The notes under the pieces were generated by a model. It saw only the letters and a program-made list of their open reading frames with translations. It was not told the origin of the DNA and made no database searches. Made by a program: the position numbers and the translations under genes. DNA of 48,699 nt from Catajapyx aquilonaris (taxonomy: Eukaryota), in the NCBI GenBank assembly GCA_000934665.2, contig JYFJ02002923.1, forward strand, positions 1 through 48,699, given 5' to 3'. Shown here piece after piece: positions 1-13,857 of this stretch (its first letter is position 1; every line of letters starts with the position of its first letter).

Positions 1-27
1 ACGCAGAAGGTGATTGTGAAAGGTGCC

Positions 28-124
28 ATGGAAGTGAGCGAGGGACAATGCAGCAGGTGGAGGACCTGGCTCCTTCTGATGGCCATGGCCTTCGTCTGCC
101 TCCTCGAATCCCAAGTCGATTCCG
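28..124 (+). CDS. SR-C: SR-C exon 1: signal peptide MEVSEGQCSRWRTWLLLMAMAFVCLLESQVDS
   Basis: gccATGg Kozak context, hydrophobic core, donor G|GTTGGT at 125 in phase 1 matching exon 2. Confidence 0.8.
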
Positions 125-1612
125 GTTGGTACACCCTGTACTTGCTGTTGATCGCAATGTTTTTTTTCCCTCGATATGCATTTACACGACACTGAGGAAA
201 CTGGACCCGGCCTATTTTCTAGCTACAAATAAAATATATTGTAATATCCTCCTGTAGCAAATGAGCTGTGCATTACATACAACGGCATAACATGCTAAAA
301 GGTATGAATTATGTAAAAAAACTACAAAAGTAAAAAAAACTGGAGTAAAAAGTATATAAATTAAGCCGCAACACTACTGTATATAAATACAGCCTACAAT
401 AATGAGATGTATCTCCCACGGCTCAAGGGCGGAGGCAAATAAGATAAAAATGCATTTGTTATAATTTTCCAGATGATCTTTTCCATGATAATTTTTTTTT
501 CCCCTTTGTCCGCTAAATTTTTTATTAGCAGTTGTTCGTAATAATGTCAGATTAAAACGAACCTCAGATTTGTTATCTACGTACTGTAGATTTATAGGTT
601 GTGCAAAAATTTGCATTTCAAAATTTCAAAATTGGCGTTCTCTAACAACAGGAGGAACAAGGAAAGGTGTAGATAAGTTTTGATTTCAGGCAGATTCAGG
701 TAGATTGTGACTGCTACTTTATAATTCCAATATTGTTTATTAAAACTGGTGCTAATTATACTTTACAAAATAGTAATGTGTCCACGATTCCTCCCATTGT
801 ATTTCCCCGTTTGAACCTGCGTTGTAAAATAATTTATTTCAATAAATATCTCTTTTAGTGAGCAATTGGCATATCTACAAATCAGTTACAATCTGCAATT
901 GCTTGAAAGAGTAAAATACAAATTATTTCATCTTGGCTGATTTGTATTACGTGGCTGACAGGCGGACTTGTGGCTATTATTTTTAGAGTAGACGACCTTG
1001 TTTGCTCAAAGTTGAATGCACTTTTACTCGACAAAATGACACGATCCGAACAGGCAAATTCTGGCTCAGTATATCGAGGCTTTCTCACTATATGATATGT
1101 ATACATATTTTTTTAAAAATGGCTTTCAAACGCAGTACTGGCAACAAGTTCTGCAGTACATGTCATGACATTGAGCGGAGTTTAATTCTGTGCAAGTGCG
1201 ATCGGGTGATTGAACCAAATCTATGGGCAATGTTTCCGGGAAGTCGAGCGTTTCTTGTCTTCAGGAAGTGGGACCAGCAGCAGAAGTTTTAATATGCACT
1301 GCTGCAACTGTCGTCAGCAGATAAAATATAGGCACGTGCAGTACAGTAAGTGTGACAAAATTACTTTTAACCTTTTCAATGAATGGGGATAGGCCCAGTA
1401 CTACACATTTTTTGTTTGTAGTTGACCGAGAGTGTGGCAAGGGCATCAGTCGTTTTTCCGCGGCTGCTAATATACTAGCAGGTCATTAAAGCAGCGCTAA
1501 TGAGGCCATCAACTAGCACAATATCGCTTGCTTTTCATGCTGTTGGGTTATTATTACCCCGCTGCAGTGTTATTATATTATCTTCCTCCTCTTCCATGTG
1601 TATTATTTGCAG

Positions 1613-1777
1613 CTGCGGCCAACTGCCCCTTTCCGACCCTGACAAACGGAAAGGTCAAGCTTCAGAACAGGAGCAGGAGGGCCAGGTACAACTGCAGGAG
1701 AGGTTACCAGTTGGTCGGAGAGAAGTTCAGCCTCTGTCTGCAGGGAAGGTGGCATCCTGAGCCGCCCATCTGTGTCA
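1613..1777 (+). CDS. SR-C: SR-C exon 2: Sushi/CCP domain 1
   Basis: tttgcag acceptor; CPFPTLTNG..YNCRRGYQLVG..CLQGRWHPEPPIC has the 4-Cys + Trp CCP pattern; donor GTAAGT at 1778. Confidence 0.93.
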
Positions 1778-1855
1778 GTAAGTCTTTTTTTTTTGTGGGG
1801 GGCATTTCATTTATATAAAAATGTGACACTTGGTGACACATGCTCGATCTTTCAG

Positions 1856-2020
1856 GTTCGGGCTGCGGTCTGATCGAGTTTTCAGAGCAGGGTCACGTGC
1901 TGGACAGCTACAGAGGAGCCCTTCTGCATTTTCTGTGCAACCCTGGCTACAGTCTGGTTGGTTCCCTGGCTCTATTCTGCGATGGAAGGAATTGGAACGC
2001 AACCGTGCCAGACTGCGAAC
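1856..2020 (+). CDS. SR-C: SR-C exon 3: Sushi/CCP domain 2
   Basis: tttcag acceptor after a 78-nt intron; GCG..FLCNPGYSLVG..FCDGRNWNATVPDC; donor GTGAGA at 2021. Confidence 0.93.
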
Positions 2021-2224
2021 GTGAGATTCAATATAAAGAAAACCATATTGGCGTGATTCGAGTAGACTTTTTCTCGTTGGACAGCCGGGAAATGAGACTG
2101 ACAACTTTGTTGAATGCGACACGACACGCCACTATACAAGATGCGATTATTACTGGACAACAATGATATAGATTATACAGTGTTGTCAGTTTCATTTCCC
2201 GCTGCCAAACAATCCGAATATTAA

Positions 2225-2433
2225 TTTATAAGTTGTAGACTTGACCTTGGCGGATAAAGTGAATCCGGAAAACTGAATGTTGACCATGAAACCTATAATT
2301 TATGGTCCACTGAATCCGAACCAGAAAACAGTTTGTCGTTACCTCATGCGGTTTAGGCCCTGATACTTGTCCACAGACAGACGGACGGACGGAGCCGTTC
2401 TGTAATACTTTTTTTCTGTGAAAAAGTCTAAAA
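2225..2433 (-). mobile_element. Possible Helentron/DINE-1-like non-autonomous element
   Basis: ACAG/ACGG microsatellite at 2372-2393, terminal stem-loop ACTTTTT..AAAAAGT (2407-2427) then an A-run, short subterminal IR TAGACTT(2236)/AAGTCTA(2424); left boundary uncertain. Confidence 0.35.
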
Positions 2434-4995
2434 TTGGTCACTATTTGTGAGAATGTGCAGGGTTGAATATTATGCTTCCTATATGTCAACAACAATATTT
2501 TATAGTGCATTTCCTACACTATTCATAGCCTTCTTTATAGATCCCTCACACTCCACTAGATGGGTTGGGGAAATGGGGATGAAGTTATCTTCGCGTTATC
2601 GTATCTGCCCATAATAATATTTGCAAATTATTATGTGCAAATATTGTCGACTACAATAGCATTGTCTTGTGCAATAGCCTAAGCTAAAATTAATAAGGGT
2701 GGTTTTGAGCTATCTCACTGTCGCCACTTCCAGGAAAGGAAGGGACATAATTATATGCAATTTGCCAAAAGAGTGGTTGCATTTTTTGTGATATACCGAA
2801 CGCCAACTTTCTCATCCGAAGCCGAGAGATAAAAGAGAGAAAACACAGCCTCTTACTCCAGATCTCATCAGATTTCGGATAAAATGTTGCGCAATGTTGT
2901 TTACAATAAGTGTTGCATCTAATGAGGTTGGCATTGCAAAACAGGGCTTATGTTGCTCAATATGGCTGCAGTGTAAAATGGTCACAGGGCTAATTGGCAT
3001 ACTAATTGCGAACAGTGCCGTCATCCACAGACTTGCAGAACAAGAGGAAGGAAATTGCAAATTGTTTATCCATCCAACCAGTCAAACTGAAGTAGATAAG
3101 TCCGTTGGTATGAGCCATAATTTGCTATCAAATTAGATCACCTCGTGGGAATTTTTAAGGGGGTGGTTGATTAAGGTCATGGGCGGTCAGTTCATCGCAA
3201 AAAGAACAACAGCCTCAAGGTGAATCTTGGGATGAACGTACTACGTGAAGTGTGTCCTTTGCCTGGATGGTGGTGGGAGAGACCCCTTGTCCCCTTATTT
3301 TATCTCTTCCTTTTTCCGCATCCTGCCGACCTTCTCCATAACCGAGCTGTCAAATCTCGATTTTCTCAAGCCCCTTTATCGGAATCTACTTCCTGTCAGT
3401 CACCCTCTCGCCTCTCTCTCCTGAAATGCCTCTCGCACTTAAGAGTGCTTGAAACATTACGCTAATTCAGGTGCTAATTCTAATGAGATCAGTTTGCACA
3501 CACGAGTTATTATTTAAACCAAATTTGCAAATTGCGAGCACACCTTTAATCAAGATTGCAAGTGCAGGGTTGGAAATAAAGGTCGGATTTCTGCGAGGGT
3601 TAGGATTGAGTGCAATCTGAAGTTTGGTAATTGGGAAGATTGGCGTGGTTTACATGCGAAGAGTGGTGGTGGGGGGGGGGGACTCCCTTTTCCTTCCCTC
3701 CTCTCCTCCGGGATTGCATTTGGGAAGCTGGACGAGCTGCTCTGATTTGGACCGCTGCCAGAATCAAATCAGCTAGCTCCTGGATACAGCGCATTCCTCC
3801 AGGCCCTCCTCGGACTTACAACCCTGGGCTTTTCAGGCTGAGTCTGCTGGAAACCTCCCTTCCTCGGGCTAATCATTTCCACAGGGTTTCTGCATAAGCC
3901 TTGATCACCACGCGATGCAGAATCCGACGATTGGCCTTCCCCATATTCGCACTAGTCGAGATGGCCATAATTTTGTTATGCAATTCTGTCGTGTGGCATG
4001 CCCTATAATACTATAGAAGGAAAATAGGTAAGGTCATGGCCGGTGCCACCATTTAATTGGAAGGGATTAATTTGATTTTGCATTGCGGTATACACTAGTT
4101 TGCGTGCGGTGCGTTTGCACAAGGGCCACTCTTATTCCGTGGGAATAAACACTGGGCTGGGGGAGGGGGGGGGGGTAAAGGTGGGAGAGAAAATGATTGC
4201 TTTTGGTCACGAACACACACCTTGCTGGCCGTTAGTTGCTTCTGAAGAACCGTGCTGTACTTGCACAAATTGTAATTGCGGTATTGGTGCGCATTTTCAT
4301 GATACGGGATTATTACAACACTTGTCCGGGTGGCGTTGGAAGCTGCGATTTTCAGCACATGTTTTACACTGAAATGTTGAAACTTTTTCGGATATTTTTT
4401 TTGAAATATACTGTAAAGGCACACTGAAGGGCATGTACAGGAAAGTAATGATAATTAATGGCACAGCGTGCATGTATGGCTAATGCATTATTGCCTCTAC
4501 CTTTTCATTGGGACAAAAAACTAATTGCATGTATTGGGAAGAATAAACAACTTTTTATACTCGAGGGGCATTTTTGAACGTTATGCAGTGGTTACAGAAG
4601 CTCTCTTCTCCAGACTATAAGAAATTACGAAGAGTGTGGTAATACATCCTAACAGTAGAGAAAAAAACACTGAATTAATGAGTGTCGCCTGATATAGGAA
4701 AACACGAGGCCTCTAGTACACATGTTACATCGTACAGTGCAAGAGTATTTATTTGCGTCACTTAATTCTCATTCCCATATACATGGCAGTCGCAGTCGTG
4801 ACTTTAAACCATTTTTCATTATTGTGTCGTAAAATATTCATTGTCAAGTTCAAACACGTGGTGTCTGAATGATAACTACTCGATGCTGTATATTCATATT
4901 TGCATCGTTGTAATAGTATGAAAATTTACAATATTCTCCGGCGAGATTGTTCATAAATCGATTTTAACGCGGGCATCCTAGGAGTAGATTTGGAA

Positions 4996-5224
4996 GGTGT
5001 TATGCAATAATGGGTCAACCCGTAAAAATGTCGAAATTGAGTTAAGCCCAGGAACACACCCAAAGGCGCCCACTTAATTCAGTTAAAATCACGCTGGTGA
5101 AATCTGCATACTTCTGCGATAAATGGCCGAAAAGAACACTGAATTAATTTCACAGGTATGACCTTCAAAGGCTCTTTTTCTCAAACCTGTTTTCATGTGG
5201 GTTGACTCATTATTTCATAACACC
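4996..5224. mobile_element. MITE-like element with GGTGTTATG.. terminal inverted repeats
   Basis: 4996-5021 vs 5199-5224 inverted, 24/26 identical; a further copy of the arm lies at 18537-18597. Confidence 0.65.
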
Positions 5225-5702
5225 GTCCGTTTAAACTTCATCTCCTATGTCAAGGTCAGAAATGACATTATGACTTCCATCAATTGAAACACGGAAAATA
5301 ATGCTGGTTAAACAAGCTGCATGTTACATAAACACGTGAATAGCAATGTTTGAATTGATTCCCTCATTAAAATTTATTGGAAAAAAATGTGTTGAGAAAT
5401 AAACGACATAATCCAAACATGTGATTGAAAAATCGACTTATAAATAATATGACTTTTTAGTTGGATATGGAAACTCTGTACTTTCCGGAAATGTGACTAA
5501 TGAGTAATTGTAAGCAGAATGATTTACGGAGCCTAATTACTCGTCACATTATTTTGAGATGTTTTTTTTCCACTTATTATGAATGGCTATTTTTTGTGCC
5601 TGTAATGCCTTTGTCACTACCTTTAAACTTTTACGAGCTCGAGTCCGATGTTTTTGATAACGACGCATTTGACCAGAGATTGTGTGAATAATTTCTCCTC
5701 AG

Positions 5703-5873
5703 CCTCAGTGAAGTCTCCGTCGATGCAGTGTGACTTTGAGTCTGAGGACCTCTGCGGTTGGAGCCACGACCACGGAGCCGACTTTGAGTGGCAGAGAAAC
5801 AGCCTCAAGACCCCCTCCGGACACGTCGGAACCGGACCTTCCTTCGACCACACACTGGGCAACGGTACAAACG
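5703..5873 (+). CDS. SR-C: SR-C exon 4: MAM domain start
   Basis: CDFESEDLCGWSHD..FEWQR..TGPSFDHT MAM signature; acceptor ctcctcag (in-frame alternative start 5709); donor GTCAGC at 5874. Confidence 0.9.
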
Positions 5874-5935
5874 GTCAGCAGCACCTTTTTAGTTTTTATC
5901 GGAGATGCGGTCTGAAAATAAGGATTGGGTTTCAG

Positions 5936-6076
5936 GCCACTACATGTACATAGAGGCTTCGAGTCCTCGCGAATTCAATGACACAGCACGTCTCTTTTCG
6001 CCGGTGTACCAGCCAAACGCCAGTTCATCCGACGCCTGTTTTGTCTTTTGGTACCACATGTTCGGATCCACTACAG
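5936..6076 (+). CDS. SR-C: SR-C exon 5: MAM domain
   Basis: GHYMYIEASSP..ARLFSP..CFVFWYHMFG; tttcag acceptor after a 62-nt intron; donor GTCAGT at 6077. Confidence 0.93.
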
Positions 6077-9000
6077 GTCAGTGCACCATCGTATGATGAT
6101 TGCTATGTTTAAAAGTAAAGGGACAAAATATACCATTAGGTATGCAGCTTAGCTATGCAGAAAAAAATGGATAGCGATCAAAAATGGCCGCAGTCTCCGC
6201 GAAAAGCAAGCGAGAATGAATTCAGGGAACCGCCTTTTCAAGTACTCTTAATGCAGTGTAAGTGGTTCTGACAACGAGGACGGCCAACTTTAAAGCGATT
6301 TTGCAGCCGCTGTCAAATACACTGCTTTCCTATTACTGCCTACTTTCTTCTCATCTTTTCCTCGGAATTTATTCGTACAATATCGTATACAGACTGAAGG
6401 ATATCATGGCAACAGTTCCAAAGGTATAAGAAGAGTTTGGGATATTTCGCACTAGATATTATTTACTCAACCTGAGCTCTCCTGGCATTGGTCTGTGGGG
6501 GGTATGGTGTGCGGTCAAGTGTCGAAGCAACTCTAGTGGTCTGGTCGGTTGCAGCACTGTACAACAGCACGCACCACAATGCCTCTCGGCTGCTGAATAG
6601 GTAATTTGCGGGTTAGGAGCAGGGTTAGAGGCAGAGGAAGGCCCAGGGAAAACCGCCAAAGGCGTCAACCGATGGATATCCAGATTTTTGGCACTTTGTC
6701 CTCCAACCAAATACTCCGCCTTCAATTTCCGCAAAAAAATATTCAGCGAATCTCCAGAGAGAAGCTGCGGGCCACATGTCCTCTCTTCGGTATATAATCT
6801 CAGAAGGGCTGAAAACTTCAGGCAGGTGTGAACGAGCCCTTGTTATTCGACCAAGTGGCTCTCTATGATGGGGACTAAGAATTTTATTTGCAGAGGTGGG
6901 AGCCAGACGCGGCTGGAATTTTTGCAAGGTGCTCTTTGGGGACACGAGAGAGACCAGGGAAGAGTTTTTTTTGTGTGTGTCTTCCCAGCCAATATGCCAT
7001 TTTGCAAGGGAATGGTCGTTTCCCAGTGGAATGCAGTGCTCATAAGTATTATTTTGCATGCAAATACTTCTTCTTTTTTAAAAGTGAGGCGGTGATTGCG
7101 TCGGGGCTCAAATCTGGGGCGCCACTTAAATAAGTAACCACCTAGTTACTAAAATGCTGGTCTGCAAAAAATAATAATGGTGGTTTTTGACGGCCAGGCT
7201 TTTATTAGGCTGGAAAACGAGGCGGATTGCGGGCTCCGAGTGTATATATAAGGGCATGGGGTCGTATACATAAGAGATAACTCGATTCTTCCCCTCTGCC
7301 CGTCATGTTTAAAACATCGTTTGCTGCAATTTCGAAATGACGCGCATGCACTCCAGGGATCCAAGCATAAACAGCTCTACACTTGTGCATATACGCCTTA
7401 TGCATCTTATGCAACAATGCGACATGGGATGGATGGGCTGCGAGTGGGGCATGTATTGTGTTAGTTTGACTTCGCAGTGGAAGGAAGATGGATGACCTTT
7501 GACTTTGGGTCTGTGCCAAAAGGATTAGATCTTGTTCAGAATTTGCCAATAGCACTGGAGATTGTGAATCTTAGACTATTGTTCAGGCTGAAGTTCACCT
7601 TGTCCTGCTGTTGCGGAATATTGCAGTAGACACTTCTATGTCCATTTCACGTACGATTGAGCTGTAGGACAATATGCCAGCATTTTAAACTGCCATAAAT
7701 TCTTGCTCGAAATGACAAAGTATACCTTTACTCATGAAGCATCCTTGCATCAATTTTGTTACTAATGGCGGAATATAAGACGCAATTATCTCACAACTTA
7801 CGAATGTCAGGCAACCGATTTAAGCCTCGTTGCTCCATCGAAAGGTTGCAAGTCGGCTGAAAATATATTCATTCGTGATATGCTTTGATTTCTTGTTGAC
7901 AATAATGGTTGGTAGTCATTCAGTATTTTTATGTAACCAAGTCTGGCTTGAAATATTCATGCGTATAACTGTCGCTGTATAGAAATGGTGCCTTTACTAT
8001 TTTCTGTATTATGTGACTTTTGAGCTAGTTTAGTGACGCACGCACTTTTTGTCGTCTGATTGAGCTTTGTACGTCAGCTAATATTTATGGTCAATTAAAC
8101 CAGTTACAGTACACGAGTGGCCGCCCTTGTCAATTATTTGTAGTGATTTCAGGATCACATCTGGCCAACTTCCAGCTTCACTCTATACGTCACTTGCATA
8201 TACGAATGGTTATTCTCACCAGAATGTGAGGTGATGTGCAAGGTGAGCGTGATGTAACTGCTAGCAAACATGCCAGGCAGGATAACACGATATATTTTTT
8301 CTCTCTCTTCCTCTCCGTCCGTCATCCTTGATATTTAGAACTAGGGGGGAAAAACCTGCCGAATAGCAGCGGGTAGGTTCTGGGCAATAAAATCCTGGAC
8401 GTAAAAGCGAGAAATGTTCCGCCGATGACAGAAACCCGATATAAAAAAAGTGATCATCAGGGCGCCGTATATCATATTTTTATGCTGCAACCCAAGCTGT
8501 GTTATTACTTTAGGCAACCCAACATAGGCTTCAATAAAAGGGATTTTTTATGGCGAGAGTTGCGGGTATGTACTTTACAGGGGTGTCAAGCTGGGTTTTC
8601 CCACTTCAAACTGGTTGCTGGTACGTACACAGTATATTATAACATTTTTTTGGCAACTGGATGCGATATGGCATCATCATCATGGAGGTAGGGGATTCTC
8701 TTGGCGGGTTTATATAATGAATCTTTGATCATCTCATTTCCGACCCTTTTCTCCGGAAGAGATCGTTCAGGCACTCAAGTAAGCCAGGTCCTGTGGTCGT
8801 GTACACATCTATTTTTAGACAAGCCTTTCCATCAAAAAAATTATGTTCAATATTTGAACAGAGCACTTGTAACATACTGTACACAGCTATAGGCAACTAC
8901 ATGCCTTGAAGTCAATTTTGTTGATAGCCTCAAGCAACTGCTCGAATAATAACGCAGCTTAATTTCAAAAATTTTAATAACTAACTGAAGGTAGTTTAAG

Positions 9001-10741
9001 GCAGATAGATGCCACGGCCTGATGTTGTTGGTGCATCCCAAGTGAAAAATCGTGTCGGGTCAGGTGGACAATAATTTAGACCTGGTGGATTCATGGCTGG
9101 CATCAGGTCTCGGGGAATGTTATGGAGGAACCAGCATGGACACAGGGAGGGGGAAATTTTCGGGGAAGTGCTGGGGAGAGGAGGAGATGGTGGGGAGGAG
9201 GAGGAACCGCCGCATGCGAGAGACACAGCAGAAAAGTGATGGGCCTGTAAAATTCAAGAGCTTGGCTGCCTGCCTTGTTTTTACTGGCTGGGTCGGGTCT
9301 CCATAAAAGGTCAGGGGTTCAAGCTTTTGCCCAGCTCATCCTCAATTTTTCACCCTATAACACACACACGCCCTGTGCCGAGGGAAAGAGAGAGACGAGC
9401 CTTCACTGCCACGGATTTCGGTTTATTTTTACTTCGCCTTACTCTGCCTCCGCTTCCCCAACCATTGTGAACCGGAGGATCGAATATTTTCATTCACTTA
9501 TGCCTCACTTTTTTTTTTAAAAAAAAGTATTCCAACGGATCAAAAATATTTGCCAAACCTGCTGCATAAACCAGACACCAACTGCCCAGGGTGATACCAT
9601 GCCTGAAAGTACTGCATATTATCAAAATACTGTATGGTAATTACCGGCAGATTATTTGACTCCATCAGCCACAGAGGAACCAAGCACTATTGTTCTTGAT
9701 TGCTGCAGAACAATATAATGCTGGAGTAAACAATGTCTGTTCATCAACTTGGGCATTGCGTCACTTTGTATCTTTACCAAAATCTGGGATTACATGCTTT
9801 AAGACGTTTGAGATGGAAGGTTCTTGATGTAATTATTTGTGTGAGCATTGTTATATGGCTGTGTGAGGCTAATTTGAATTTCTATCAAGATGTTGCTCTC
9901 ACGATACGCAATACAACCAGATTTGCATCTTTCATAAACAAAAAAATCTGGCTTCTTTTCAGCTGACTTGGGTGGTAGAAGCAATTTCTCAAGCGAGGGT
10001 TGAACTGGTATAACTGTAGAGTGTTTAAAAATGGAAATAATTATGAGTTATCCGTCAGAAGCTCTTGAAGACATAAAGTTGTGTATCCTTTATCACATCT
10101 GTGGTGCTGATAATGTATAGGTGTGTCGCGATGTGAAAAATCCGAAGGATTGGGAAGGAGGTCCTGGAAGAGTGGAGGAGATAAGAAAAGAGACAGCAAA
10201 AGAGGAGGAGACGAGTCTTTTGAAAAGAGAACTTTGGGATGGGGGGGTGAAAAAGAGAATGAGATAGGAAAGGCAGCCATGTCAGCTGCGGCCCTCGAGA
10301 CTTAAGAAACGCTCCCTATACTTGCGAAGAATCTTACGAAGGAATTCCCTCCGCTCCTTCCCCAACACTTCTTTTTTTCCTTCACTTGGAGGAGGGTAAG
10401 AAGCTCTCTCTCTTTCTTTTTGTCTCCCTTCAAAAAAAAAAAACCCTGTTCTTCAACCCGCGCGCACTTCAAAGAGAAATGAAGCTCAAATGCACCAGAG
10501 TCGGACCTCTTTTATTTTTTGCAGGAGGAACCTGGAGCTCTAACTGTCGTCATCAAAAAAAGCCGATGTAGTCAATTTGCATTGTACGTAATAGGATATG
10601 AATCATATTGTTTTCGATCAGCTAATTCCGCAACCAGCATTAAAATCTGGGAAGAAATATAAAAGTTGTGTGTGTAGCATATGAAATGTCAAGATGAGTT
10701 TAGCACTCTTGGTTTAGGACTCCTGAACATTTTTAGGTAAA

Positions 10742-10969
10742 TTTTTAATGAGCTCAACCAAGTGCGCACCCACACTCACGCAGCTCCATTGTTATGAGAA
10801 CAACGTTGCCAGAGTTGATTCACACTCGTATAGCCTTAGAGGTTAGCTTCAGAGCCTTGGCAACGTCGCCATTTTGTCATCTCCCCCCTCCAAGCGTAGT
10901 GCTGGAAACATTGATAATTCCAACCGTGCAATCTGCGCGAACTATAGTGCGCACTCGGTTACGCTAGTA
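10742..10969 (+). mobile_element. Diverged copy of the 31898-32115 element
   Basis: Shares agtgcgcacccacactc, tccattgtt, cagagccttggcaa, tggaaaca, tgcgcgaact and cactcggtt in the same order. Confidence 0.75.
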
Positions 10970-13726
10970 TTTTTCCGACAGTAGACTTTCCTTACATAAA
11001 TCCAATAGGGTCTACCTGTATACTTGAGACTTTTCAGGAGAGAAAGAATGAACCCTTTTTTTTCATCCTGAGGGTTTGCTGTTGGGATTTGCGGGGATCC
11101 CCCGACACGACTGGTGTTTGCAGCGAGTGCGGCGGCAGCAGCAGAAGGCAAATGAGCCAGTAAAAGAAGCGGGTTTTAGTGTGGGTCCAAGTGGTGCCAG
11201 CTGGGTTTGTTAACATTCGGTAATAGGCAGTTGGGGGGAGGCCCTCCGGAATAATCCGGGGCCTGCGAGTTTTAACGAGCTTAAAAGGTAGGAAAAAGGA
11301 GGGTTAAGGGGGGGGAGGCCAGGTGTGGCGGAGAGGAGCAAGAACAAACTCAAAGTAATTGGCTGGGTTGGAGTACAGTGTGGGGTTGCACAATTCTGGA
11401 TGGAAAACTTTAAAAAAAATGATATTTCGATAACTTATCTAAATGGAGTGCAGGGTGCACCATTCTGTGCTATTTTGCACTTCGAAAAAACCTCGATCAT
11501 ATCTCTCACCTTATTCCGTCTGTTCAATTAGTAATGCCACCTCTTTTTTTTCTCAAGTGCGACAATATGGGAAGGTAGGTCATGAATTCTCCAAAACGGA
11601 GATTAGTTCGGGCGCATATCGTGTTATATGGCTTTTCAGGTGGTAGGAGGGGGAGGTTCTCCATTTTATTGGCCCATTTCATCCTCCTGCCTTGGTTCTG
11701 TCCAATAGGAATCGCTCGTTGGAGGGGCGCAACTTGCACAGGGTTAATTTTCCTCTCGCAGGTGTTAACTTTATCAGTATAGCTGGGTTTTACGACCAGA
11801 TGTGCCCGTACGGTTCACCTGCTCTTACACCTGCTCGGAAAGTATTTGTTTGTGGAGCATTTTATGAATTCATAACGTACGTTCCTGTAGTTTTTGCAAC
11901 CTTAAGGCAGTGTGGAGATAGGTTAACTGCTGTTTAAATTAGTTGTATATGGTGCCACTTAATTCACGGATAATTCATCACTTACTGTTAGGTCAGGTTG
12001 CACGAAAAATTCTCAGGTTACGTACAGGTATTCACGTAACATCATGATTTTGATGACGTTAAATATACAGCAAAAAAATATACCGTCATTTTAAAATATT
12101 CTTATTATGACGCCCATTGTTATTTTCTCATAGTAGTTGAGTAACTACTTACGTATAGAGAAGAGTTGCTATGAGAAAATTTTCTATGAGTCCTTTACCT
12201 GTTGCGAAAGCTGCTGACGTTCGGTGGGGCATTCAGGAAGTGTTCTCTTTTAAGGTGAAATAATGGGTTTGCTTATAATCGAGTGGCGTTACTTGCATGA
12301 AAACGACATATATTAGCCTCTCAATACCAGATTCACTGCATCAATGTTGAGCCTGGCATTTTCTGGTGTATCGGCAATTAGTCATCGAGAGCAAACCTGA
12401 AATCCCGTTTACGTATGGCAGGCGTGACCGGAATATTCACGTAATCAAAGTGCGTCATAGAGAAGCAGTGCCGTTGACCTTGTTCCAAATTAATATCGTT
12501 TTTCGCAGATGATGCAGGTTATTCTACCAAGGGAAATATTTTTCACCGCTTTAAAAGTAATAGATTGCGCAGAATCATGCTACTCCTTGCACTTTTACAT
12601 ATGAAGGTCATTACTATGATAGCGTGTTACCACTGGATGTACTACAAGACTATATATAAGTATATTTTTAAGGAGGAAGTAGCAGCAGGAACTTTGCATA
12701 ACTGTCCCAAATTAGCATGTTTCATTTTAAATTTGTTTAACCCGAGGGACGTCATTGTGGAGGAGGAGGTCAGCTAACAATATTATTAATATATAATATT
12801 GGAGCACTCTCAAAAAATTTTACAGATTGAAATTGAGTGATTATGAGTTGTGAAAATCTGTTCATAATCAATGATTTTTCTGAACGGCTTGCTTTTATTG
12901 TATACAGGGTTATTTTTTGGATAATAACTCAACATTTGTGAATTTTCTTTTAGCTAAAGCCAGTTGAACATAATTTTTAACCAGCTGATTAATCAGAAAG
13001 GGGCTTACTGATACCGTCCTGATAACTAACTAAAACGATTCGTCGCTGCTAAATATTTCACCAGTCTGTACCTCATTATCTAATATATAGAACTTTCTCC
13101 AATCACTATTGGTTTATAAATGAACGTATATGATTCGTCACTGGTTCCATTTCCCGTATAATGTATTTCAATTAAAAAAAATCCAGTCTGAACTTGGTTC
13201 TCAAGTGAGTACGATTATAATATTACGTATAAAATCGTGCTTGAAATGTTAATGTGGTTTCTCTTTCCTTGTGGCCGTTCATTTCGGGAGCTGACCTCTT
13301 TAAAACTGGTGTAGGGGAAGAGTTGGTCAGTCTGACTACTCACTTCACACACGTAACATTTGGGGAAATCCAACCGAGGGAAAAATCCACTATAGTATAT
13401 CCTGTGTGTGTATGTGTGGCAATGTTATGAAGTTGTCCCGAGTTGTCCCTGGAAAAGAGAAAGTGAAAAAACTGCAGGGAATTTGCATGCGATCCTGTAA
13501 TATACCTAATGGGTTCATTACGTCATCGGGGTCATATCCAGATTTTTAAGCAAGCAAGGACTGTTGTTCTGGACTTACAGTGTACAGTACTATACCTGAC
13601 AAAAAGTGCTGGCACATTGATGCGTCAGCTTACTGACGCGTGACATTTGGGGGTAAAATCTGAACATTGAGCTGTGTTTTTTTAAATGGCGTCTATGTAC
13701 TTGTACATAATATGTTTCTTATCCAG

Positions 13727-13857
13727 GATCGCTCCGAGTGTACGTGAAGCTGGAGAAGGAAGAGAGCAAGAGACTCGTCTTCCAAAAGTCTGGCAACCAA
13801 GGCGACGTTTGGCTGAAGGCAGTCGCGCATCTGGAAGACTTTCCACAGCCCTTCCAG
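13727..13857 (+). CDS. SR-C: SR-C exon 6: MAM domain
   Basis: GSLRVYVK..FQKSGNQGDVWLKAVAHL..PFQ; acceptor ttatccag, donor CAG|GTAAGT at 13858 (phase 0). Confidence 0.92.
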
